Positions 28,200 through 36,042 of a stretch of 64,000 bases of DNA are shown piece after piece. Source of the stretch: an uncultured Clostridia bacterium (lineage in GTDB: Bacteria > Bacillota > Clostridia > Oscillospirales > Acutalibacteraceae); assembly GCA_946186245.1 (NCBI GenBank), contig CAMHMN010000003.1:5733-69732 (forward strand), in the 5' to 3' direction. The translations under genes and the position numbers were made by a program. The notes under the pieces were generated by a model that was given only the letters and a program-made list of their open reading frames with translations, was not told the DNA's origin and made no database searches. Within the stretch, counting starts at the first letter, position 1. Every line of letters starts with the position of its first letter.

Positions 28200-28775
28200 A
28201 TGAAATACCTGGGGGAATTCTTATCCTATATATTAATCGCCGTTTTTGCCCAGAACCTGCTACTCGGCAGGGCGGTCGGCATGAGTGACATCATCACGGC
28301 AACCCGCCACAGACGGTCGCTGACCAATCTGCTTCTGCTTGTGGGAGGCTGGTCGACTACCGGCATCATGCTCATGTGGCTCCTGTCCAGATTTGTGAAG
28401 GACATGGACGATTATCTCATGTTTGCACTGCTGCATTCGCTGGTCTGTGCGGTGGCATATTACGCGTCGGACAGGCTGCTCGCCCGTTTCAGTCCCCGGC
28501 TGTACGCAACCTTTCAGGAAGTCATGCCCCACGCGCTGATCAATGCCATTGTGGTGGGAGCACCGCTGTCGGCGCTGTCTTCCGGCATTCCCAGCTGGTA
28601 TGCCGCCCTTGGGTACGGAATCGGTTCGACGCTGGGCCTGGGCCTGGGTGTGATTCTGATCAGGAACGGACAGGAAATACTCAATCAGCCCGACGTTCCC
28701 AGAGCGTTTCAGGGCGTGCCGATCATGCTGCTCTACATCGGAATTCTCTCCCTCGGGTTCTGCGCTTTTTTATAA
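28200..28775 (+). CDS. Stand-alone, divergent RnfA/RnfE (Rnf-Nqr) family membrane protein
   Basis: Six predicted TM helices. The N-terminus LIAVFAQNLLLGRAVGM parallels RnfA LVNNFVLVKFLGLCPFMG. The C-terminus PDVPRAFQGVPIMLLYIGILSLGF parallels RnfA [24 protein letters not shown]. No other rnf or nqr genes are adjacent. Confidence 0.6.
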   Translation: MKYLGEFLSYILIAVFAQNLLLGRAVGMSDIITATRHRRSLTNLLLLVGGWSTTGIMLMWLLSRFVKDMDDYLMFALLHSLVCAVAYYASDRLLARFSPRLYATFQEVMPHALINAIVVGAPLSALSSGIPSWYAALGYGIGSTLGLGLGVILIRNGQEILNQPDVPRAFQGVPIMLLYIGILSLGFCAFL

Positions 28776-28854
28776 AAATGTAATTTTTTCATCATTCTAT
28801 ACAATCAGGAATATTTTCATTGAAAATCAATCAATAAAAAGGACGGTAATTGAC

Positions 28855-29829
28855 ATGCAGTGGATAGAAACCAACATATACACCACCACCGAGGGCATTG
28901 AACCGCTTTGCGGCCGGCTTTACGCGGTGGGGCTCAACGGTGTGCAGATCAAAGACGCGTCGGATTTCAACGACTTCATTGAAAACGAGACGCAGTACTG
29001 GGACTACATAGACGAATCGCTCGAGCCGCTGAAAACCTGCGAAACCTGCGTCACGGTGTATCTCACTGACGACGCGGACGGAAGGGAGCTGCTCAGCCAC
29101 ATCCGCGGTACGGTCGCGGAGCTGAAAGCACTCGACGCGGAAGGCAGATTCGGCAGGCTGGCAATCGAACTGAACGGCATCAACGAGGAAGATTGGGCAA
29201 ACAACTGGAAAAAATATTACAAACCGTTTAATCTTGGAGAAAAATTACTGATTAAACCCGAATGGGAACATCTCAATGACAGCGACGCACAGGACAAAGT
29301 GGTGTTGAGCATGAATCCCGGTCATCTTTTCGGAACAGGCACCCACCATTCAACGCAGCTCTGCATGATCGAGCTGGAAAAGTACGTGCGCAGCGGCGAC
29401 AGGGTGCTTGATCTGGGCTGCGGCAGCGGAATTCTCTCGATTCTTTCGCTGCTGCTGGGGGCGGAAAGCGCTGTCGCTGTGGACATCGACCCGGCTGCTC
29501 CCGCCACTGCGATGGAAAATCTCTCCATGAACGGCATTTCTCCCGACCGGTACAGCGTACTGGTGGGCAACGTCATTGACGACGAGGCGCTGAGGGAAAA
29601 AATAGGTGGGGATTATGACGTGGTTGTCGCCAACATCGTGGCGGACGTTATCATAGCGATGAGCCGCACGGCGTATTCTCAGACCCGCAAGGGAGGCGTA
29701 TTCATCACCTCCGGCATCATCGGACCGCGCTCGGACGAGGTCAGGAACGCAATCATCGAGGCGGGCTTTGAAATAGCGGATCTTCACGAACAGAGCGACT
29801 GGGTGTGCATTACGGCTAAGAAAAACTGA
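28855..29829 (+). CDS. prmA: Ribosomal protein L11 methyltransferase
   Basis: PrmA N-domain, FGTGTHHSTQLC and VLDLGCGSGILS SAM motif. Confidence 0.93.
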   Translation: MQWIETNIYTTTEGIEPLCGRLYAVGLNGVQIKDASDFNDFIENETQYWDYIDESLEPLKTCETCVTVYLTDDADGRELLSHIRGTVAELKALDAEGRFGRLAIELNGINEEDWANNWKKYYKPFNLGEKLLIKPEWEHLNDSDAQDKVVLSMNPGHLFGTGTHHSTQLCMIELEKYVRSGDRVLDLGCGSGILSILSLLLGAESAVAVDIDPAAPATAMENLSMNGISPDRYSVLVGNVIDDEALREKIGGDYDVVVANIVADVIIAMSRTAYSQTRKGGVFITSGIIGPRSDEVRNAIIEAGFEIADLHEQSDWVCITAKKN

Positions 29830-29840
29830 CCAAAATGACG

Positions 29841-29854
29841 AATTTACGTAAATT
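29841..29854. promoter_or_regulatory. Perfect 14-bp palindrome AATTTACGTAAATT (candidate operator)
   Basis: Read directly, about 90 nt upstream of the XRE regulator gene. A TTGACA...TGTCA inverted pair follows at 29872-29891. Confidence 0.3.
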
Positions 29855-29945
29855 TGGTGTGTTAGCCGCCCTTGACATTTGGTGAGTGTCACAAAATCCC
29901 CGATATTCGGTATAATAATGATGATAGATATCTAGGGGGATTTAT

Positions 29946-30203
29946 ATGTTTATCAACAAATCGTTCGACGGAAAAAACAACGTGTGCGGCAGAAATGTGG
30001 CCGTCATGCGCAAAAAGCTCAATATTTCACAGCGTGAGCTTGCCGAGCGTATGCAGCTGATGGGCTATGACCTTGATAAAAATGCCATACAGCGCATTGA
30101 ATCCGGTCAGCGCTTTGTAACCGACATCGAGGTACAGGCGCTTGCGAAGGTATTCGACGTGGAGCTGCCCACCTTATTTGATGAAAATCTGAGCGAAGAA
30201 TGA
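29946..30203 (+). CDS. XRE-family helix-turn-helix transcriptional regulator (85 aa)
   Basis: AGGGGGA RBS. LNISQRELAERMQLMGYDLDKNAIQRIESGQR is a classic Cro/CI HTH. Confidence 0.85.
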   Translation: MFINKSFDGKNNVCGRNVAVMRKKLNISQRELAERMQLMGYDLDKNAIQRIESGQRFVTDIEVQALAKVFDVELPTLFDENLSEE

Positions 30204-30257
30204 GCCATTTCACAGATCTTATCATGCCTTTATGTTATTGTGCAAAATAAAAATAGG

Positions 30258-30306
30258 CAAAAAGCCGCACTGTCAGCAATTTAATGGTTGACAGTGCGGC
30301 TTTGTG
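30258..30306. terminator. Bidirectional terminator
   Basis: GCCGCACTGTCA (30264-30275) pairs perfectly (12 bp) with TGACAGTGCGGC (30289-30300). An A-run lies to the left and TTTG to the right, between convergent genes. Confidence 0.85.
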
Positions 30307-30349
30307 AATATATAATTGTAATACTAAGAGCTTTTCATATATAATGTCA

Positions 30350-31075
30350 TTAATAGTACAGGTTTTCGGTTATCCAGCTTCTTGCCTGCGCCAGCACCTT
30401 CTTGTCGTTGTTGAAGCGGAATGTCTTGACCGCCAGGCTGTAATCCGCCCAGATGAATCGCTCTATCTCGGACTTCTGTATCACGATGTCCTCCCCCGGC
30501 ATTTCCGCCACGAAGAAGATGACCTGCTTGGTGATCCTGCCCTTGGGATGGTATTCGCTGATCGTGCGGAATCCCTCCAGCGGCTCAATATTCAGACCCG
30601 TTTCCTCCCGTACCTCGCGCACGGCGGTCTGCCGCTCGTCCTCATGGATTTCCATATGCCCCTTGGGAAATCCCCAGTTGTTGCCCTTGCGGTTTTTAAT
30701 CAGCAGATATTCCACATTGCCGCTGTGCCGGCGGAATATCACCGCGCCGCAGGATTTTTCATAAAGACAGGTGATTCTCGCGGGAGCAAAATCCTTTCTC
30801 CCCGCCAGCACCTCCCGTATGAGAGGCTCGTAGATGATGTTTTCTTCATCGGCGCATATGTAATAGATCCTTCCGTCCAGCTCGGTCACAGCCATCACAC
30901 GCACCCTGACACAGTCGGCGGCAAGCGGCTTGTCCGGACTGAATATCAATATATTGTGCAGCACATTGCCGTCGTCTGACGATATGCCGGAATGTACCGT
31001 GTAATTCCGGCCGCAGTAGCTTCCCGCGTGGAATATTTCACGGCTTATCTGCACGTTTATCATATTGCCAAGCAA
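30350..31075 (-). CDS. NUDIX hydrolase with N-terminal extra domain
   Basis: TTG start 6 nt after GGAGGG. Nudix box GFPKGHMEIHEDERQTAVREVREETGL. Confidence 0.85.
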   Translation of the reverse strand: MLGNMINVQISREIFHAGSYCGRNYTVHSGISSDDGNVLHNILIFSPDKPLAADCVRVRVMAVTELDGRIYYICADEENIIYEPLIREVLAGRKDFAPARITCLYEKSCGAVIFRRHSGNVEYLLIKNRKGNNWGFPKGHMEIHEDERQTAVREVREETGLNIEPLEGFRTISEYHPKGRITKQVIFFVAEMPGEDIVIQKSEIERFIWADYSLAVKTFRFNNDKKVLAQARSWITENLYY

Positions 31076-31217
31076 AACATACCCTCCATTCCATTATTTT
31101 TCTCACTATAATTAATATTTTACTCCATTTAGCGAAAATTACAATATCAGATTGATATAATTTTCAATATTTTCAAATTAATATTTCAATTATCTCAAAA
31201 AACGGAGGAATTACAAA

Positions 31218-32054
31218 ATGCTTATTGTTTCTATGGGCGCGCTCATCTCTCTGGCGGTCATCATGCTGGTATGCTTCGTGATGCCATTTGCGCTGTTTTA
31301 TGTGCTTTATCGCTATGCCGACGGCAAGGTGAAGACGCTGCTCTTTGGCGCGGCTGCCTATCTGGCCTGCGGTGTGATCATTGACACATTGATCGCCACC
31401 CTGCTGGACATGATCGGCGGAATCAATTCAAACGCGGTGCTTTATCTGCTTTACGCGGTGGTGCTCTCCCCGGCCTTCTTTATTCTGGTGAATTATTTCA
31501 TTATAAAGCGGTTTGGGGCCGACAATATCAAAACCACCGGCGACTCGATGATGTATTCCCTCGGCTACTCCTCCGCCTTCAATATCCTGTCTACAGGCCT
31601 TATTTCTGTGATGTATTTTCTCACGCTGCTGGACATCAGAAACCGTTCCGGTCAATTCCTGGTGGTGAGCGACGCCGATTATGTCAGCGCGTCAGACACC
31701 GTCAGCGGAAGCAATCTGATCAATGAGAGCGTTTTCAGGGAAATGGAGATGCTCTGCGGCAAGCCCGTGAGCTACTACATGATGTTTGTGGTCAGCTGCC
31801 TGTGGGCGTTCGCCGCCTACGCCGCGATGATGCTGGTCATCTGGCTGGCGGTCAGGAAGACCGATAAGGTCATTCTGCTGTCGTTTTCGTATGTGATCAG
31901 GCTCTTCATCACGCTGCCGGATATTCTCGAGAGATTCCACATCGTGACAAGTCCGTGGATGATTCAGACTGCCAAAATCGCGGTGCTTGTCATTGTCTGG
32001 GTCGCAGCCGTCTTCTGCCGCAAGACCTTCATCGACTCAAAAGACGCGGAATAA
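31218..32054 (+). CDS. Polytopic membrane protein (YhfC-like, tentative)
   Basis: ACGGAGGA RBS, about 7 TM helices. The N-terminal pattern (helix, short basic loop, LLFGAAAY...) resembles the YhfC intramembrane protease family. Weak call. Confidence 0.5.
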   Translation: MLIVSMGALISLAVIMLVCFVMPFALFYVLYRYADGKVKTLLFGAAAYLACGVIIDTLIATLLDMIGGINSNAVLYLLYAVVLSPAFFILVNYFIIKRFGADNIKTTGDSMMYSLGYSSAFNILSTGLISVMYFLTLLDIRNRSGQFLVVSDADYVSASDTVSGSNLINESVFREMEMLCGKPVSYYMMFVVSCLWAFAAYAAMMLVIWLAVRKTDKVILLSFSYVIRLFITLPDILERFHIVTSPWMIQTAKIAVLVIVWVAAVFCRKTFIDSKDAE

Positions 32055-32121
32055 CCCTTCTTTACAATCATACCATCCTACCCTCAACTGTACACGGATC
32101 CGAAAGGGGGACAGTTTTGCC

Positions 32122-34092
32122 ATGAAGTATTACATCGACCGCAAAAGACTTGGGATTGCCGAGATTTTTTCGTCAATGCATCCGATTTTTTCACCTTCCA
32201 ACGACATGAACGCAAAGGAAACCGTGCGTCTGATGTGCGAGCAGAGCTTCCGCACAAGGGCGAAGATCGCCGCCGGCATCAACCGCGCCATCCACAGGCT
32301 TACGGGAGAAAGTACGGTAGACGTCGAGGAATATCTCAACGACGATATCAGAAATCTCGCCGAGACGCCGGTGAAAGCAGACAATCTGAACGACCTGCTC
32401 CCCTTTATGAAATGGCTCGAAGAGCTTCACCGACAGAATTCACTGGCAATAGAGCGCAGTCAATACAGTCTCAACGACGCCGCCAACCACATGGAGCGTC
32501 AGGCGGGCGAATTTCTGAGAAGCTGCTCCGCCAATATGATGTGGCAGAATATTTCACTCACCGAGGAAGAAGGCGGCCTCATGCTCAACCTCAACGAGCA
32601 TTTCTGGGGCAAGGCACAGCTGTTCTTTCCCGATGTGGCAACGTCGTTTGAAGGCGCGTTCCCGCTGGTCGGAATGCTCTTTTGCATAGAAGCCGAACAC
32701 GGCGACGACGGATTTGAATTCAGCTTTGTGGTAAACGTGGAATTCGGCACGGACGATATGGAGCTTCGCGCCCTGCAGAACCGCAACTGGGTCCGGCTCA
32801 CCTTCAGATGCAGCCGTCCCGAACTGCGTCCCGCGCTCTTTGATTACGGCAGATGCCTGCGGGATTTCGGCAAGTGCGGACACAGCTTCATCGAGGATTG
32901 GTGCGGCGAGGCCATTATCAAGGAACAGACCCTCGGCAGCGCTTCCATGTCCGAACGTGAACAGACGCTGCTTCCGCTCGCCAAGATCATCCGGACAGCC
33001 TATCATATGGCGGAAGTCCACGCCGAGGAAGGGAAGATCCCCGATCAGTTAGCCATTCCAAACAAGGTGCTCGAGCTGTTGGGCAACCGCTACCGATTCG
33101 GACTCTACCGCGCACTCTTTCAGGAAACCGATCAGCAGGATCTTTACGATATTCTGGAAAGGGCGGTGGACGCCTGGAGCGAGGACGAAGTCGATTCGGT
33201 TTCCACCGAGCTGTGGAATTTTGCCGACACCCTCCGCGCAAAGGAACGCGGGGATTCCGTCCGCTGTTTTTACGACAGGCTGATACAGATGATGACCGAC
33301 TGCACCTCCGAATTCGACGGGGTAAGCAGAATATACGGCCGCTATTCCGAGGCGGAAGAAAAAATGCGCGCCGTCATAGAACCCAGGCTGCTGGAAAACG
33401 GCTTTACCGGCAGCTATCCCCATTACCGCCGCCGCAGAGGCAAAAAAGGCGAATACATCAGCGTACTCACCTCCAACGTCAACAAACGCACGGTAAACGG
33501 GGTAATGACCTATTATTTCGCCATCTCCGCAGCCGTCAAACGGCTTGAACGGCGAGGAAAGCGCAAGTCCGCCGAATATTTTGCGGCGGGAATGCCATTT
33601 GAAGCCACCACGGCCGAGGATTGCGCCGCCGTATACGACCGCCGCACAAAATACGCCCAGCTTGGCGGTGAGTACGACGACGAGAGCATTGAAGTAAATA
33701 TCGACATATTCGAGGGCTTATCCGACGAAAGCCAGACCGCCGACACCGCCAACGACCTGCTGAAATTCGTCGGCGTCGCGCTGGACGCATTCAAAGGAAA
33801 GGCCATGCCGCGGTGGTATCGCAAAAAACGCCGCAGGTCGTCGGTAAAATACAGGAACGAAACAACGACAGGCGGCGTCTTTTTCAGATATCTGCCCTTC
33901 GGGTTATATATTGCCGCCCTGCTGATGGGGGCATATGTGGTCGGCAGCAGATTCTTCGATCTGAGCGGTTATCTCCCCTTTGCCGACGGCAGACAGGCCC
34001 TGACCGTTTCGCTGCTTGCGGGAACGGCGCTGACGCTGCTCTGCACCCTGCTGCGCATGCGGTCGCTTCGCAGGTATATCTGGCGATATTGA
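32122..34092 (+). CDS. Hypothetical 656-aa protein with two C-terminal TM helices
   Basis: ATG 32122 follows AAAGGGGGA. The track ORF from 31987 overlaps the previous gene and has no RBS. No motif recognised. A basic stretch (RKKRRRSS) precedes the TM hairpin. Confidence 0.6.
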   Translation: MKYYIDRKRLGIAEIFSSMHPIFSPSNDMNAKETVRLMCEQSFRTRAKIAAGINRAIHRLTGESTVDVEEYLNDDIRNLAETPVKADNLNDLLPFMKWLEELHRQNSLAIERSQYSLNDAANHMERQAGEFLRSCSANMMWQNISLTEEEGGLMLNLNEHFWGKAQLFFPDVATSFEGAFPLVGMLFCIEAEHGDDGFEFSFVVNVEFGTDDMELRALQNRNWVRLTFRCSRPELRPALFDYGRCLRDFGKCGHSFIEDWCGEAIIKEQTLGSASMSEREQTLLPLAKIIRTAYHMAEVHAEEGKIPDQLAIPNKVLELLGNRYRFGLYRALFQETDQQDLYDILERAVDAWSEDEVDSVSTELWNFADTLRAKERGDSVRCFYDRLIQMMTDCTSEFDGVSRIYGRYSEAEEKMRAVIEPRLLENGFTGSYPHYRRRRGKKGEYISVLTSNVNKRTVNGVMTYYFAISAAVKRLERRGKRKSAEYFAAGMPFEATTAEDCAAVYDRRTKYAQLGGEYDDESIEVNIDIFEGLSDESQTADTANDLLKFVGVALDAFKGKAMPRWYRKKRRRSSVKYRNETTTGGVFFRYLPFGLYIAALLMGAYVVGSRFFDLSGYLPFADGRQALTVSLLAGTALTLLCTLLRMRSLRRYIWRY

Positions 34093-34120
34093 TGCCGGCG
34101 TACCAAGCCGGTTATCCGAT

Positions 34121-34444
34121 TCACATGAGAATGTACAGAAGGGCAAAAATAAGCCGTTCGTCGGCATTTTCTCTCATCAGCAGAAGCAAGATCGCGGTAA
34201 TCAGCGCCCTTTCGGTATCCTCCTGCGAAATTTCCGTTTTTTCGGGCTTGTGATTCTCCACGGCAGGTCGGATTTCTTCCCTTTCCGGCTCGCAAAGCGG
34301 CGAATCTCCGGGGCATTCCGCCATGACGGGCAGCCCCGACGGCGGCGGTGAATTCCGCATGGCCGCCTGCGCCCTTCGCTGCATTTCCATCACCCGCATG
34401 GCGGCGTCGTGCTGCATCTGTGCAAAGCTGTCAAATTGCTGCAT
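34121..34444 (-). CDS. Hypothetical small protein (107 aa), third gene of a small-protein operon
   Basis: GTGAGGTG RBS 5 nt upstream. C-terminal hydrophobic motif ALITAILLLLMRENADERLIFALLYIL. Confidence 0.5.
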   Translation of the reverse strand: MQQFDSFAQMQHDAAMRVMEMQRRAQAAMRNSPPPSGLPVMAECPGDSPLCEPEREEIRPAVENHKPEKTEISQEDTERALITAILLLLMRENADERLIFALLYILM

Positions 34445-34456
34445 ACAGTCACCTCA

Positions 34457-34816
34457 CTATTCGGATTCCTCACGCGATGCTCTGAGCGAGGGAATGATAC
34501 GCATGATCGATACGATCCTGCCGGCTTCCTCCGCCCTTTTGAGCCTTGCGCCGCTGAGATAGGGCATCAGCGCGTGAATCAGACGGGTCATGTCGTCCTC
34601 CTCATTCAGCTTGCCGAGCAGCGGCGCCAGCTTATTCAGGGCCGGAACAAGGCCTGCCGGGCCTTCCGGATGTGTCGGGGAGCTTTCCGCGCGGCTGTCG
34701 CCTGCCGGAATGTCGCCGGAAGGATCCAGCCCCAGCTGACGCGCCGTTTCCCTGAGCCTTGCCATGGATTCGGGATCGTTCAGCACCGAACCGAGAAGTT
34801 CGTTGATGTTGTCCAT
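34457..34816 (-). CDS. Hypothetical small protein (about 119 aa)
   Basis: ATG 34816 lies 7 nt after ACGGAGG. The track GTG 34822 is too close to the RBS. Helical ends with a Pro/Gly/Ser-rich centre. Confidence 0.5.
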   Translation of the reverse strand: MDNINELLGSVLNDPESMARLRETARQLGLDPSGDIPAGDSRAESSPTHPEGPAGLVPALNKLAPLLGKLNEEDDMTRLIHALMPYLSGARLKRAEEAGRIVSIMRIIPSLRASREESE

Positions 34817-34829
34817 ACGCACACCTCCG

Positions 34830-35063
34830 TCAGCCTTTCAGCTTTCTGAGCAGCGCCTGCGCCTTTGGCTCGGACATCAGGCGGGACAGAGCTTCCCTGT
34901 CGCTGAGAATGGCGCTGATTCCGGCAATATCTCTGTCTGTGAGTCTGCCGAGAGCCTGCGCTACGGCAGGATTGCGCTGCGCCGCCTTTCTGATTTTTTC
35001 AGAAGCGTCGCTCTCCGCTCCGGTTTCCCTGAGCAGCTTTTCCAGCTTGGATTCATTATGCAT
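34830..35063 (-). CDS. Hypothetical small helical protein (77 aa)
   Basis: First ORF of three tightly packed ORFs with 7-13 nt gaps. Its RBS is weak. Confidence 0.45.
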   Translation of the reverse strand: MHNESKLEKLLRETGAESDASEKIRKAAQRNPAVAQALGRLTDRDIAGISAILSDREALSRLMSEPKAQALLRKLKG

Positions 35064-35156
35064 GGTTGATCACTGTCCTTTGTACAATATATGCTTCATT
35101 AGGCATATTATTCATATCACAAGGGGTTTGTTACTTACCTCCATCAGAAAGGGGCT

Positions 35157-35657
35157 ATGAATACAATGAAAATACTGGTCATGTCCGACAGCCACGGAAG
35201 AAGCGATCTCGTGCAGAAATGCATCGCGCAGCACCCGGACGCGGAGGCTGTGCTTTTTCTGGGAGACGTTCTGATCGATATGAAGGGAATGGACAAAAAG
35301 TTTCCCGACAAACAGTTCTATTGCGTCAGGGGCAACTGTGATTATGACACCGAGGTTCCTCTGGAACGGCTGGTCACGCTGCAGGGCACGGGAATCCTGC
35401 TTACCCACGGTCACGCCCACAGCGTCTATTACGGACTGAATACCCTGATCGCCTGCGCCCGCAAGAACGGCGCAAAGATTGCTCTTTTCGGTCACACCCA
35501 TGTGCCCTACAACCAATATCACGACGGCATTTATGTGCTCAATCCCGGCTCGCTTTCCCGTCCGAGGGATTGCAGCAGACCTTCCTACGGCATGATCGAG
35601 ATCACTCCGAAGGGAATTCTCACAAATACATCTGATTTTAACCAATTTCTCATGTAA
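35157..35657 (+). CDS. YfcE/MJ0936-family metallophosphoesterase
   Basis: MKILVMSDSHG, FLGDV, LLTHGH and FGHTHVP. ATG 35166 is better spaced from AAAGGGG than ATG 35157. Confidence 0.88.
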   Translation: MNTMKILVMSDSHGRSDLVQKCIAQHPDAEAVLFLGDVLIDMKGMDKKFPDKQFYCVRGNCDYDTEVPLERLVTLQGTGILLTHGHAHSVYYGLNTLIACARKNGAKIALFGHTHVPYNQYHDGIYVLNPGSLSRPRDCSRPSYGMIEITPKGILTNTSDFNQFLM

Positions 35658-35749
35658 TCCACACGGGGTCAGAAAACATGACTAATTTTTATTGTTAAAA
35701 TTTATAAAAAACGACGTATAAAAACATTGATATTTTTATTAATCTTTTA

Positions 35750-36012
35750 TTTACATTTGGGATAAAAAGATTTATAATATGTTGTATATAGGATATTTTC
35801 AGGAAATCAATCAGTCGATTGTAAAGGCAAAAAATGGAAGCCGCACAGCGGCGGGTTTCCAAAGGGACGGTGTTCCTTTGGCGTGCGCGGAGCAGCACCC
35901 ATCGCAGCAATAACCTCGCGCAACCAATAGGGGGCAAGCATTAAAAAGGTCTGCGATTTTCAATGCGCAAATCCCCGGATGAATGGCTTTTTTGCACTTT
36001 TACAACCGGCTA
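35750..36012 (+). repeat. Leader/MITE-like repeat element, copy B
   Basis: TTTACA (35750-35755), 17 nt, TATAAT (35773-35778). Then GATATTTTCA (35792-35801), left terminus CGATTGTAAAGG (35816-35827) and an A-run. GCGGGTTTCCAAAGGGA (35851-35867) is identical to the 17-mer in copy A and forms a hairpin with TTCCTTTGG. The right terminus CTTTTACAACCGGCTA (35997-36012) matches copy A TTTTACAATCGGCTA at 14/15. The element ends 35 nt before ATG 36043. Confidence 0.75.
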
Positions 36013-36042
36013 AGGAAAACGATACAAAGGAGGGATATAATC

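Noticed and set aside
31987-32121. N-terminal extensions of track ORFs (31987, 35983, 38843, 17336, 46113, 48436, 55039, 55715, 2750)
   Set aside because: In each case an internal start has a proper RBS and a sensible N-terminus (signal peptide or conserved motif). The extension crosses a terminator, a repeat, another gene or an untracked ORF.
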